This document shows positions 1 through 10,436 of a stretch of DNA of 64,000 bases, in pieces. Source of the stretch: Nitrospirota bacterium (GTDB lineage Bacteria > Nitrospirota > UBA9217). The DNA is taken from the NCBI GenBank assembly GCA_963751455.1, contig CAVVUN010000012.1:448001-512000 (forward strand), read 5' to 3'. The notes under the pieces are model-generated. The model saw nothing but the letters and a program-made list of their open reading frames with translations, made no database searches and had not been told where the DNA came from. The translations under genes and the position numbers were made by a program. The stretch's first letter is position 1, and each line of letters begins with the position of its first letter.

Positions 1-1237
<1,237 letters not shown>

Positions 1238-1270
1238 TCATTTTAAATTGTTGGATAGTTGCCTGAAGAT

Positions 1271-1537
1271 CTAAGCCAGCACGCCCAGGACATCTTCTTC
1301 TTTTACGATCAGATACTCTACGTTGTCTAAATTGATCTTTGAGCCGGAATAACGGTCGAAAAGGACCTTGTCCCCGACTTTGAGTGACTTCACATCATCT
1401 CCGATTGCTTCTACCTTTCCGCTTTGGGGCTTCTCTTTTGCGGTGTCAGGAATATAAAGCCCTCCCGCAGTCTTTTCCAGTTCCGCTGTGTAGCTTACAA
1501 AAACTCTGTCCTTCAATGGTTTAAATTTAACACTCAT
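1271..1537 (-). CDS. groS: co-chaperonin GroES
   Basis: KPLKDRV...KTAGGLYIPDTAKEKPQ...EEDVLGV motifs. Confidence 0.97.
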   Translation of the reverse strand: MSVKFKPLKDRVFVSYTAELEKTAGGLYIPDTAKEKPQSGKVEAIGDDVKSLKVGDKVLFDRYSGSKINLDNVEYLIVKEEDVLGVLA

Positions 1538-1593
1538 CTTTGCTACTCCTTTCTAATAGTTGTTTAATGAATACTCTTATATAGTATCACATT

Positions 1594-1620
1594 TTAGCAC
1601 TCATTTGTGGCGAGTGCTAA
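1594..1620. promoter_or_regulatory. CIRCE element (HrcA operator) upstream of groESL
   Basis: Perfect TTAGCACTC-N9-GAGTGCTAA. Confidence 0.97.
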
Positions 1621-1748
1621 TATATTGATTCATAATGTAAATTGCAAATCGATTTACAGCTTATTTTTAATGATTATAGGTAATTTAAGGCTATTTTATA
1701 CAGATTTCATCATAAAATCTGATTTTATCTTCGATTATCTACAAAAAG

Positions 1749-1777
1749 AAAAAGCAGGGCAAAAAACCCTGCTTTTT
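1749..1777 (-). terminator. probable intrinsic terminator after ctpA
   Basis: AAAAAGCAGGG-loop-CCCTGCTTTTT hairpin flanked by A/T tracts. Confidence 0.6.
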
Positions 1778-1853
1778 CAGTGAAACAACTCAGTTAAATT
1801 TTTTTGAGTGAATCCAAAAGTTCGAAAACAACCCGTCTAATTTTAGAAATGCG

Positions 1854-3266
1854 TCATTTTTCCTTCTTCACGGACATCGGCACGTTCTTAAAGACATCCT
1901 CTGCACGCGTCGCCGTCTTCAGGATCTCGATCGCTTTTTGTATTTGAATGTCTTCCTTTTCATCCTTGGGCATCAACTCCATCGCAAATTCCTCGTCAGC
2001 GGCGGCGCCCTCTTTTTTCAGTTCTTCCTTGACCGTGTCGTTCTTGAGGTGCCGATCAAGGTCCTTTTCCCGAACGACCACATGCACAGGGTCTCCGTTT
2101 TTCGGGTCTTTAACCGCGGGCAGCTTGATCTCAAGGTCAGGCGTAATTCCGACATTCTGGATGGACCTGCCGCTGGGCGTATAATACTTCGCGGTCGTCA
2201 AACGGATCCCGCCGTTATCCTCGAGGGGAAATACTGTCTGGACGGACCCTTTACCGAAAGTCTGTGTTCCGATGATCAGGGCCCGCTTCGAATCCTGCAG
2301 CGCGCCGGCGACGATTTCAGAAGCGCTGGCGCTGCCGGTATTGACTAATACGACAACGGGATACTCGCGAATAATCTTCGAGCCTGTCGTGAGATAATCT
2401 TTCCGGTCGGTCTTCTGTCTGCCCTGGAGATAGACCACCAGTTTGTCCTTCGGCAGGAACTTGCCGCTTACATCGACCGATGCATCCAGTATCCCGCCGG
2501 GGTTGTTCCGCATATCCAGTACAAGCTTCTTGATTCCCTTGGCTTCGAGTCCCTTCAGGGCCTTTTCCAGCTCTTCGCCGGTCTGGCCCTGGAATTGAAT
2601 GAGCTTCACATAGCCGATCTCGTCATCGAGCATCTTCGACTTTACGCTCTGGACCTTGATCGTATCGCGGATAATTTTGAACTCCCGGGGTTTGTCCCAC
2701 CCTTCCCGCATGATGAAAAGCCGGACTTGAGTGGATTTCGGCCCCCGCATTTTGTCCACTGCCTGCTCTATGGACATGTCCTTGGTCCATTCGTCGTCGA
2801 TCTTGAGGATCTTGTCGGCGGCTGCAAGCCCGGCACGGTCGCCGGGTGTGCCCTCGATGGGCGCGATGATGGTAAGCTGCTGGTTTTTGATTCCTATCTG
2901 GATTCCAATGCCCTGGAATTCGCCCTTGATGTCCAGGCTCATCTCTTTGAATGCGCGGGCCGCCATGTAGGACGAATGGGGGTCAAGGCCGGCAAGCATT
3001 CCCTTGATCGCGCCCTCGATCAGCTCCTTGGAGTCGGGGTTTTCCACGTAGTTTCTCTTGACCAGTTCGAGAGCCTGGGTGAACAGTCTCAGCTCTTCGT
3101 ACGTGGCCGACTTGGACTGCGCCACTTCCTGACCGATCAGAATTCCGGTCGTAAGCAGCACGAAGGTGCCTGCCAGCATCAATACGAGCACCATTGCAAT
3201 AAACTTTTTTCTGTTAACTTTGATCATGTCGCCTTCCTCCACGAATATCTTCATGCCGCTCTCCAC
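1854..3266 (-). CDS. ctpA: S41 family carboxyl-terminal processing protease (PDZ); true start probably a few codons downstream
   Basis: LDPHSSY, GIGIQIG PDZ, DMRNNPGG, SASASEIVAGALQD, TFGKGSVQ motifs. Confidence 0.93.
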   Translation of the reverse strand: MESGMKIFVEEGDMIKVNRKKFIAMVLVLMLAGTFVLLTTGILIGQEVAQSKSATYEELRLFTQALELVKRNYVENPDSKELIEGAIKGMLAGLDPHSSYMAARAFKEMSLDIKGEFQGIGIQIGIKNQQLTIIAPIEGTPGDRAGLAAADKILKIDDEWTKDMSIEQAVDKMRGPKSTQVRLFIMREGWDKPREFKIIRDTIKVQSVKSKMLDDEIGYVKLIQFQGQTGEELEKALKGLEAKGIKKLVLDMRNNPGGILDASVDVSGKFLPKDKLVVYLQGRQKTDRKDYLTTGSKIIREYPVVVLVNTGSASASEIVAGALQDSKRALIIGTQTFGKGSVQTVFPLEDNGGIRLTTAKYYTPSGRSIQNVGITPDLEIKLPAVKDPKNGDPVHVVVREKDLDRHLKNDTVKEELKKEGAAADEEFAMELMPKDEKEDIQIQKAIEILKTATRAEDVFKNVPMSVKKEK

Positions 3267-3276
3267 GCTTGTGACG

Positions 3277-4458
3277 TTATCTCCTGGCCAGCCAGGCGAG
3301 CGGGTCCTTCGCCTCTCCGTTCTGGCGTATTTCGAAATACAACTTCGCCCCCTTCAGGCTGCCGGTCTCTCCCGCGAGCCCGAGAACCTGACCTTTGAGC
3401 ACCCGCTCTCCTTTTTGCATATCCAGCTGTGAAAGGTTGCCGTAAAGAGTATAAAAACCGCTATTGTGCTCGAGAATCACCAGCTTGCCGTATCCGACGT
3501 ACCAGTCCGCATATGCCACCTGGCCGTCGCTCACCGCCTTGACAGGCTCTCCCTCACGCACTTCAATCTCGATGCCGCGTCGAAAAACCATCGTCCCGAA
3601 TTGCGGATGGCGCTGCATCCCGAATTGCGTGAGCACACGGCCTGTAGCCGGCCAGGGAAGCCGCGTCCGGTTCGAAGCCGCGGGCTGCAACTGTTCCGGA
3701 GACGGGACTCGCCCTGTTTTCTGCTCCTTGCGCTCCCGCTCGGTCTTCTTGACCATGGCCCAGAGGCTCACGGAGGACTCTTCCAGTTCGTGCAGCGCCT
3801 GCTCGTGGAGGCTCTTTTTACCCCTGACACCGGCCAACAATACCGCTTTCTTTCTTTTTCGGGACACGAGGGACGCCTTCCTCAGCTCGATCGCCCGCTT
3901 GCGCTCGAAAAGCGCCTGCTTCTTTTGTGAAATCTCCGCTTGCCGCGCTTCCATACGGTCGAGTGCAATTCCGTAATCGCGTATGATTGCGCGGTCCCGC
4001 TCGATGATGATGCCGAGGTACTTTATTCGTTTTAACGCATCGCCCAGATCATCGGCGGCCAACACCGCGTCGGAGTATCCCCTCCTGGTTATCTTGTAAA
4101 GCGCCCGCAGACGAAGAGCATAGGCCTTCTTTAATCCGTCCAGTTCGCGGCTGACCGCAGCATTATTCCTCTCGATGTCGCGAAGAGCTGCTTCAGTTTC
4201 CCGAAGATTTCGCTGCTGCTCAATGAGCTCCGCTTTTCCGGACTGGATGTCTTTGTCTATCGCGTCAAGTTCGGTCAGGATCGAACGTTCTTTTCTGTCC
4301 TGGCGGCGTATCTCTTTCTGTTTCTCCCGCATCTGTTGCCTGACACGGGACAATTCTTTCTTTTTGGCCGATGAGTCATCAGCACGTGCCGTCCGGGATC
4401 CGGATGCCGCAGCTACGATGAGCAAGAAGGCCAGAATGACCGAAACCCAGTTTTTCAT
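3277..4458 (-). CDS. envC: murein hydrolase activator EnvC-like (coiled coil + degenerate M23 domain)
   Basis: Signal peptide, long coiled coil, LPWPATG...GYGKLVILEH...LYFEIR; follows ftsEX. Confidence 0.88.
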   Translation of the reverse strand: MKNWVSVILAFLLIVAAASGSRTARADDSSAKKKELSRVRQQMREKQKEIRRQDRKERSILTELDAIDKDIQSGKAELIEQQRNLRETEAALRDIERNNAAVSRELDGLKKAYALRLRALYKITRRGYSDAVLAADDLGDALKRIKYLGIIIERDRAIIRDYGIALDRMEARQAEISQKKQALFERKRAIELRKASLVSRKRKKAVLLAGVRGKKSLHEQALHELEESSVSLWAMVKKTERERKEQKTGRVPSPEQLQPAASNRTRLPWPATGRVLTQFGMQRHPQFGTMVFRRGIEIEVREGEPVKAVSDGQVAYADWYVGYGKLVILEHNSGFYTLYGNLSQLDMQKGERVLKGQVLGLAGETGSLKGAKLYFEIRQNGEAKDPLAWLARR

Positions 4459-4571
4459 GCATTTTCAAAACTATTCAGGTTTGCCGCCGAGCGCAAAGCA
4501 GGCTCGCATCAACAGCGTGCCACAGATAAGTCCGTGTACATAAGATCTCGCTTTGCGACGTAACAGAGTTC

Positions 4572-5459
4572 TTATTCCAGAAACTTGCCGACCGAGATTA
4601 AACCTCCGGCAAGTCCCAGGATACTGCCGCCAAGAATCAGGTATGTTACCACTGAAAAAGGCAAAAAGTCCAGTCCGTTCGTCATGGTCAGAAACTGGAC
4701 AATTTCCTGCGGCAGAGAGTAATAGACGGCGGCAATAATGCCGACAGCCAGTCCGGATCCGATCATGGCCAGCATCATTCCTTCTATCAGGAACGGGCCC
4801 TGGATAAAACCGCGGGTAGCGCCGATCCACTGCATCAGTTCGATCTCCTGCCCGCGCGAATAGAGGGCAAGCCGCACCGAATTTGATATGATGAATACGA
4901 CGGATATGCCGAGCAGGACCGCGAGCGCCGTGCCGCCGAAGGTGACGAGTTTATAGAGACCGGATATTACTTCCGCGCCCCGTTTCCCGTACGATACATC
5001 CTCCACTCCCGGATAATCGGAGAATTTCCCGGCCATCGCTTCGAGCCTTTGGGACCCGGCATACCTGCGATCGACGCTTACCTCGTAGGAATCCGGAAGC
5101 GGGTTGTCGCCGAGTCCCTGCAGCAGCGTCTCCTGGCCCTTCAGTTCTTTTTTGAAAAGAGCCAGAGCATCGGCCTTCGCGAGATATGTAACCTTCTTGA
5201 CGCCCGGTTCCGCATTCAACCGGGCATGAAGGAATTCCTTTTCATGCTCCGTAAGACCGTCTCTCAAATACACCGACATTTCGACCCGTTCGCCGAGCCT
5301 GCTCACTGCACCGTGCAGGTTGATCAAGGCAAGCAGGAAAAAACCGACAATAAGCATCGCCATGCTGATTGTGCCGACGGCAAGCAGGTTCACGAGGCTA
5401 TTGGCGCGGAGTCCCCGGAAGGCTTCCGCAATGAAATAGAAGAGTCCGTATCCTTTCAT
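4572..5459 (-). CDS. ftsX: cell division permease FtsX
   Basis: 4 TM segments, NPLPDSY, EIELMQWIGATRGFIQGPFLIEG. Confidence 0.93.
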   Translation of the reverse strand: MKGYGLFYFIAEAFRGLRANSLVNLLAVGTISMAMLIVGFFLLALINLHGAVSRLGERVEMSVYLRDGLTEHEKEFLHARLNAEPGVKKVTYLAKADALALFKKELKGQETLLQGLGDNPLPDSYEVSVDRRYAGSQRLEAMAGKFSDYPGVEDVSYGKRGAEVISGLYKLVTFGGTALAVLLGISVVFIISNSVRLALYSRGQEIELMQWIGATRGFIQGPFLIEGMMLAMIGSGLAVGIIAAVYYSLPQEIVQFLTMTNGLDFLPFSVVTYLILGGSILGLAGGLISVGKFLE

Positions 5460-5543
5460 CTAATTGCACCGTGGTTTGGTCATATTGGTTGCGAGGCCCG
5501 TTCCGGTTTTCACCTTTCGTCGTTCGTGCTTGGCCGCTGCCGT

Positions 5544-6272
5544 TTACCGCTTGACGATTCGGGCGTCGCTGCCGATGGATGAATCCTTTTGTGTTTCCCC
5601 TGCCTTCTTGCCCGGACGGCCGTCATCGATAACCCTGCCTCGCTCCATGAGAATGATTCTGCGCTGCATTTTTCTGACGGTCTCCCAGTCGTGGGTGGCA
5701 ACGACCACGGTCGTTCCTTTCATGTTGATGTCCCTGAACAGGCTGAATACCTCCTGGCCGCTTTGTGGATCGAGGTTGCCGGTCGGCTCGTCGGCAAGAA
5801 GCACGAGAGGCTCGTTTACCAGAGAACGCGCGACCGCTACCCGCTGCTGCTCGCCGCCCGAGAGTTTCGGCGGCGTCAGATGACGTTTGGATTCCATGCC
5901 GACCTTCTTGAGGACCTGATAAGCGCGCCGCTCGATGTCGCCGTATGGCGCTCCCACGACTTTCAACGCCAGGGCGATATTCTCGAAAACGGTCTTGTGG
6001 GGCAGGAGCTTGTAATCCTGGAACACGAAGCCCATGTTGCGGCGGAGATAGGGAATGCCGGATGCATCCAGCCGGAACGTGTTCATACCCTGAATGATGA
6101 TCTGCCCTTCGTCGGCGTGTTCCGCGCAAAAAAGGATTTTCAGGAGTGTGGTCTTGCCCGCGCCGCTCGGACCTGTGAGAAAAACGAACTCGCCCTTGCC
6201 CACGGAAAAACTTACCTCCCGGAGGGCGGGTACGCCTTCATAATTTTTGGTTACGCGGTAGAGCTGGATCAT
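5544..6272 (-). CDS. ftsE: cell division ATP-binding protein FtsE
   Basis: GPSGAGKTT Walker A, VFQDYKLL, LSGGEQQRV, LLADEPTGNLD; upstream of ftsX. Confidence 0.94.
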   Translation of the reverse strand: MIQLYRVTKNYEGVPALREVSFSVGKGEFVFLTGPSGAGKTTLLKILFCAEHADEGQIIIQGMNTFRLDASGIPYLRRNMGFVFQDYKLLPHKTVFENIALALKVVGAPYGDIERRAYQVLKKVGMESKRHLTPPKLSGGEQQRVAVARSLVNEPLVLLADEPTGNLDPQSGQEVFSLFRDINMKGTTVVVATHDWETVRKMQRRIILMERGRVIDDGRPGKKAGETQKDSSIGSDARIVKR

Positions 6273-6293
6273 GGAACTAAAACCCTATCATTT

Positions 6294-6399
6294 GCCACGG
6301 ATGGACACTGATGAGCACGGATAGCGGCAAAAAAAATAAATGGCTGATCTGCTGTTCATGTTTCGCTTATATCCATGTCTATCCGTGACGATCCGTGGC
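6294..6399. repeat. intergenic CACGGAT...ATCCGTG inverted short-tandem-repeat element
   Basis: gccacggatggacactgatgagcacggat ... atccatgtctatccgtgacgatccgtggc; relatives at 7377-7565, 16962-17105, 32319-32420, 38047-38136, 51628-51706. Confidence 0.75.
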
Positions 6400-6406
6400 T
6401 AAACTT

Positions 6407-7345
6407 TTACCGTTTCTTCCTGATCGCTTCCTTCACCCCAGCCGCGATATCGGCCGCGGACAGCCCGTAATGCTTCAGCAGCCCTTCACAATCCCCGGAC
6501 GTGCCGAAGGTGTCTTTGACGCCGATCCGGACAAGGGAGGCCGGATATGATTCGGCAAGTACCTCGGCTACTGCACCGCCAAGGCCTCCGATGATGGAAT
6601 GTTCCTCTGCGGTAACGATCGCGCCGCATTGTTTTGCCGCTCTGATCACGGCGTCAGAATCGATCGGCTTGATCGTCGACATATTGATCACGCCCGCGTC
6701 GATCCCGTCGGCTTTCAGCAGATCGCGGGCTTTAAGGGCCTCTGCGACCAGGATGCCTGTCGCGATGATTGCTGCGTCCTTGCCTTCGTTGAACACGTGC
6801 GCCTTGCCGATCTTGAACCGGTAGTCTTCATTGAAAAGCGTCGGCACCTTGTTCCGTCCGACCCGCACGTAGCAGGGGCCTTTATGCTCGGCCGCAGCTT
6901 CGATCGCCTGAAGCGTCTCGGGCCCGTCCGCAGGAACAATGACGGTCATGTTCGGGATGACTCGCATAACCGCGATGTCCTCGACCGACTGGTGAGAGCC
7001 GCCGTCTTCACCGACCGTCACTCCGGCATGGCTCGCCACTATCTTCACGCTCAGGTTGGGATAGCATATGGACTGCCGGACCTGCTCCCACGCCCTGCCG
7101 GTTGCGAACACGGCAAACGTACTTACAAAAGGAAGCTTGCCGCCGATCGCGAGACCGGCCGCGGTTCCCATCATGTCCTGCTCCGCAATGCCCATATTGA
7201 AGAACCGGTCAGGAAAGACCTTTGCGAACTTTGACGTCTTCGTCGAACCCGACAGGTCCGCGTCCAGCACAACCACGTCTTCCCTTTTTTTACCAAGGCT
7301 TACCAGCGCATCGCCATATGCATCTCGTGTCGCTATCTTTGTCAC
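6407..7345 (-). CDS. transketolase, C-terminal (pyrimidine-binding) subunit
   Basis: ATRDAYG, DADLSGST, NMGIAEQ, GEDGGSHQ, EEHSIIGGLG; GTG start at 7345 with GGAGG RBS. Confidence 0.93.
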   Translation of the reverse strand: MTKIATRDAYGDALVSLGKKREDVVVLDADLSGSTKTSKFAKVFPDRFFNMGIAEQDMMGTAAGLAIGGKLPFVSTFAVFATGRAWEQVRQSICYPNLSVKIVASHAGVTVGEDGGSHQSVEDIAVMRVIPNMTVIVPADGPETLQAIEAAAEHKGPCYVRVGRNKVPTLFNEDYRFKIGKAHVFNEGKDAAIIATGILVAEALKARDLLKADGIDAGVINMSTIKPIDSDAVIRAAKQCGAIVTAEEHSIIGGLGGAVAEVLAESYPASLVRIGVKDTFGTSGDCEGLLKHYGLSAADIAAGVKEAIRKKR

Positions 7346-7573
7346 AGTTCCTCCTTCAGAACAATAACGATATTTTGCCACGGATAAGCACTGATGTACA
7401 CGGATAGAATCAGAAAATTGATATCGCAGCAAAAACGGCAAAGTGGCAAAAGAATTTGAATTTAATTCTTGCCGAATTTTGCTTTCGTAATTATCCGTGT
7501 GAATCCGCCTGCGCCCAGCGGTTACGAGTGCTGTAAGCGCGAGTGCAGGTGTGTTCATCCGTGGTAATGTTAA

Positions 7574-8413
7574 TTACTTGCAGACCGATTCATCGAGTTC
7601 TTTCAGCGCGATCTCGAGCTCTTCCTTTGACGGCGTGGTCCCGTGGAATTCGACCTTGCCCTCGAAGACCTTCGAGCCCTTGCCCTTGACCGTGCGGCAG
7701 ACGATCATTGTGGGCTTTCCCTTTACGGTCTCGGCTTTGTCCAAAGCTGCAACGATCTTTGCCATGTCGTGACCGTCGATATCCAGGACTTCCCAGCCGA
7801 ACGCCCGGAACTTGTCGGTTATCGGTTCGACGCCCATCACCTTTGCAACCGGCCCGTCGATCTGCAGCCCGTTGTTGTCGACGAGGGCGCACAGATTATC
7901 GAGCTTATAATGGGCCGCCGTCATTGCAGCCTCCCATATCTGTCCTTCCTGCAGTTCGCCGTCCCCGAGCAGGGCGTAGACGCGGTTCGGAGTCTTGTCG
8001 AGCCGGTGCGCGAGCGCGAGCCCGTTTGCAACGGACAGCCCCTGGCCGAGGGACCCGGTCGAGATCTCCACCCCCGGGAGGTACTTGCTGTCCGGGTGAC
8101 CCTGAAGGCGGGAGCCGATTTTGCGCAGCGTACAAAGCTCGGCAGGCTCGAAGAAGCCGGCATGCGCAAGCACCGTGTACAGGAGCGGCGCTGCATGGCC
8201 CTTGGACAGAATGAAATTGTCCCGCTCCTTCCAGTGCGGTTTTTTGGAGTCGTACTTCATTTTGTAGAAGTACAGGGCAGTCGCGATATCAGCCGCGGAA
8301 AGACTGCCGCCGGTATGACCGGATCCGCACTCGGTCAGCATCTTCAGGATGTCGACTCGTACCCTTTTCGCCTTTTCTTTGAGTGACTTCAGCTGCTGTT
8401 CGGTGACTCCCAT
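7574..8413 (-). CDS. transketolase, N-terminal (TPP-binding) subunit
   Basis: SGHTGGSLS, LSKGHA, LQGHP, STGSLGQG, GDGELQEG. Confidence 0.95.
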   Translation of the reverse strand: MGVTEQQLKSLKEKAKRVRVDILKMLTECGSGHTGGSLSAADIATALYFYKMKYDSKKPHWKERDNFILSKGHAAPLLYTVLAHAGFFEPAELCTLRKIGSRLQGHPDSKYLPGVEISTGSLGQGLSVANGLALAHRLDKTPNRVYALLGDGELQEGQIWEAAMTAAHYKLDNLCALVDNNGLQIDGPVAKVMGVEPITDKFRAFGWEVLDIDGHDMAKIVAALDKAETVKGKPTMIVCRTVKGKGSKVFEGKVEFHGTTPSKEELEIALKELDESVCK

Positions 8414-8585
8414 GCAAAAATCCTCCTAGTGCGGCCTTTGGCCGGGCCATTGAAAATTGGAAATTTCAAATTGCAAATTTGCGGTATGGCCGGAGGCCAT
8501 AAAAATATTGAATCAATTTGTTAATGCCCGCGTCTTCGCCAGAGCAGGGTACACTTTGCATTTTGCAATATGCATTTTGCTTGAT

Positions 8586-9056
8586 CTACTTCGCCTGTCC
8601 CCGATCCTTCTGTTCCTGAGAGAGAAAATCGAGAATGATATCATCAAGACTTTTTTCCTGAACCGGTTCGACAGGAGCAGGCGCCGGAGCAGGAGCAGGC
8701 GCAGCCACGATCTTTGGAGGGGGAGCCGGTTCCGGGGCCTGTACAGGGGCGGGCTTTGAAGCTGCCGGGGGTTTGGGGGTATAGGTGGATTCGTGGGGTG
8801 CTTTATTGAGATCCAGCTTGCCCTGCATCAGATCGCGGATCATATGCTTGTGCTGCTCCATCATGAGTTCGCGCACCACTTCGTCCAGGCAGTCCGCTTT
8901 CAATATGTCGGCATAGCTGGTCTTGCGTGAAGCGAGAATAGCGCCCTGATGATACAGAAGAGACGTGATAAACGGACTATTTGCTCCTCCATCTTCCGTC
9001 TGCACGTGATAGACTTTGCCCTGGAATTTGAAGTCCGTATTGTAGCCGGTAAGCAT
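8586..9056 (-). CDS. conserved hypothetical protein with Pro/Ala-rich linker
   Basis: MLTGYNTDFKFQGKVYHVQTEDGG N-terminus and C-terminal KSLDDIILDFL helix; host-like codon usage; start uncertain. Confidence 0.7.
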   Translation of the reverse strand: MLTGYNTDFKFQGKVYHVQTEDGGANSPFITSLLYHQGAILASRKTSYADILKADCLDEVVRELMMEQHKHMIRDLMQGKLDLNKAPHESTYTPKPPAASKPAPVQAPEPAPPPKIVAAPAPAPAPAPVEPVQEKSLDDIILDFLSQEQKDRGQAK

Positions 9057-9302
9057 ATAAAAGGTATTATACAAAGGAGGGCAACAAGATGCAACCTGAA
9101 AATGGAACATCATCGTAAAAACAAAGAGTTTGCGTCAAAAGAGGCTGTTTTTTGCAATTAGATTGATCAGCGAATCGCGTCGGGCTTCTCCAGAGCGCGA
9201 ATGGACTTTGTTTTCACTCCGAACTCCTCACTCACCACTCCGCACTCCGAAGGGGGGCTTTTCGCTTGACACCGTTTAGGTGTTAGTGTAATTTTACTCC
9301 GT

Positions 9303-9389
9303 GCCGGTGTGGTGGAATTGGTAGACGCAGAGGACTCAAAATCCTCCGGGGGCAACTCCATGTCGGTTCGATTCCGACCACCGGCACCA
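9303..9389 (+). tRNA. tRNA-Leu(CAA)
   Basis: GCCGGTG acceptor stem, TGGTGGAATTGGTAGAC D-arm, GAGGA-CTCAAAA-TCCTC anticodon arm, long variable arm, GGTTCGATTCC T-arm, encoded CCA. Confidence 0.97.
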
Positions 9390-9767
9390 TTAAAAAAGAT
9401 CGGCTTTTCTCCCGATCTTTTTTGCTTTTGTGAGGAGGAATCGAACAAGGGGGTTTGGGGGAAAGGTTCCCCCATGCTTGAGGGGGAGCCCACGAGGGGG
9501 CCGGCCCCCTCGTGAAGCGGAGCGCGTGAGCGTTCCGACCACCGGCACCATTTAAAAAAAGATCGGTTGTTCTCCGATCTTTTTTTGCTTTTGGGGCCCC
9601 CCTCACCCGGTCCCTCTCCCAAAGTGGGCGAGGGGCTAGCGGACAATGATAATTCTATCGAATTGAACAAGGGGGTACGGGGGAAGGATTCCCCCGTGCT
9701 TCGGGGAGCACACGAGGGGCTGGCCCCATCGTGAAGCGAAGCGAGTGAGTTTCTGCCACCGGCACCA
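9372..9767 (+). repeat. tandem tRNA-linked repeat units, each starting with a copy of the tRNA 3' end
   Basis: ttccgaccaccggcacca at 9372 and 9533, ccaccggcacca at 9756; the first two are followed by an AAAAGATCGG..CCGATCTTTT hairpin and a GC-rich hairpin block ending cgtgaagc..gc..gtgag. Confidence 0.9.
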
Positions 9768-9769
9768 TC

Positions 9770-9939
9770 TTTTCAAGAGCTTTTCACGCCGCCTTTTCAT
9801 TTTCCTCTCTGATAAAGTCTTGGTGTAACCGTAAGTGTAACCTTCTTTCCGCGAAAGCCTTTCCTCCTGCTCCTGATGGAGTTTCACAATCCTCATATGA
9901 GGTCTGCAAATCGGCTTCGCTCACAATATTGTAACGACG
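9770..9939 (-). pseudogene. C-terminal relic of a tyrosine integrase
   Basis: 9939-9901 translates RRYNIVSEADLQT, resembling the R-Y-N-I-V-S-E-x-D-L tail after the catalytic Tyr; it points toward the third tRNA 3'-end copy. Confidence 0.6.
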
Positions 9940-10127
9940 GCCAATTTCATGGTTAAAGGCAAATTTGTAGTGCAGTTGGGATTCTTGCTTTTATCTATTG
10001 GCTTGCAGAACAGGTGAGGCAACGCATATTGCGGGGTGTGAACCTTCTGAGTTGAGATCCTGCGCAAAAGGACGGCGCGCATGTGGCGGCGACCGCCGTT
10101 GGGGCAATTACGGACTTACTGTCCAGC

Positions 10128-10400
10128 CTATACAGGCTGGTGCGGTTCTGCCCCCATGCTGATGTGATCAAGACGCCACTTCTTATAACGTTCTGAGACA
10201 CGGACAGTCATGGCCTCGTCGGAAATAGCATCAACATATCTCAGTTCTATGCTCTGCCAGTTGCCTGATTCTCTATCAAACAGCTTTGCATTAAACGCAT
10301 ATTCAATTTTTTCCTTAACTCGATTTGCGAATGCCTCGGCGGTTTCGGAATCAGGCTCACTCGCATACAGCAGAACAATATCAAGCACATAAACATTCAA
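10128..10400 (-). pseudogene. hypothetical protein, probably a C-terminal fragment
   Basis: 90-aa protein-like ORF without a good start or RBS, inside the decayed island. Confidence 0.4.
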
Positions 10401-10436
10401 CAGCTTCCGCTCTATTTAATCAGCCAGATCAGCCGT

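Noticed and set aside
7346-7558. 70-aa N-terminal extension of the transketolase C subunit in the ORF track
   Set aside because: It runs through a CACGGAT repeat element; a GTG with GGAGG RBS at 7345 gives the normal start
9167-9670. ORFs overlapping tRNA-Leu and its downstream repeats
   Set aside because: They overlap a clear tRNA and hairpin repeats and have no protein motifs
9372-9767. Possible mini-CRISPR (repeated 18-bp motif)
   Set aside because: The repeat is the tRNA 3' end, and the intervening segments are long and homologous to each other rather than unique spacers
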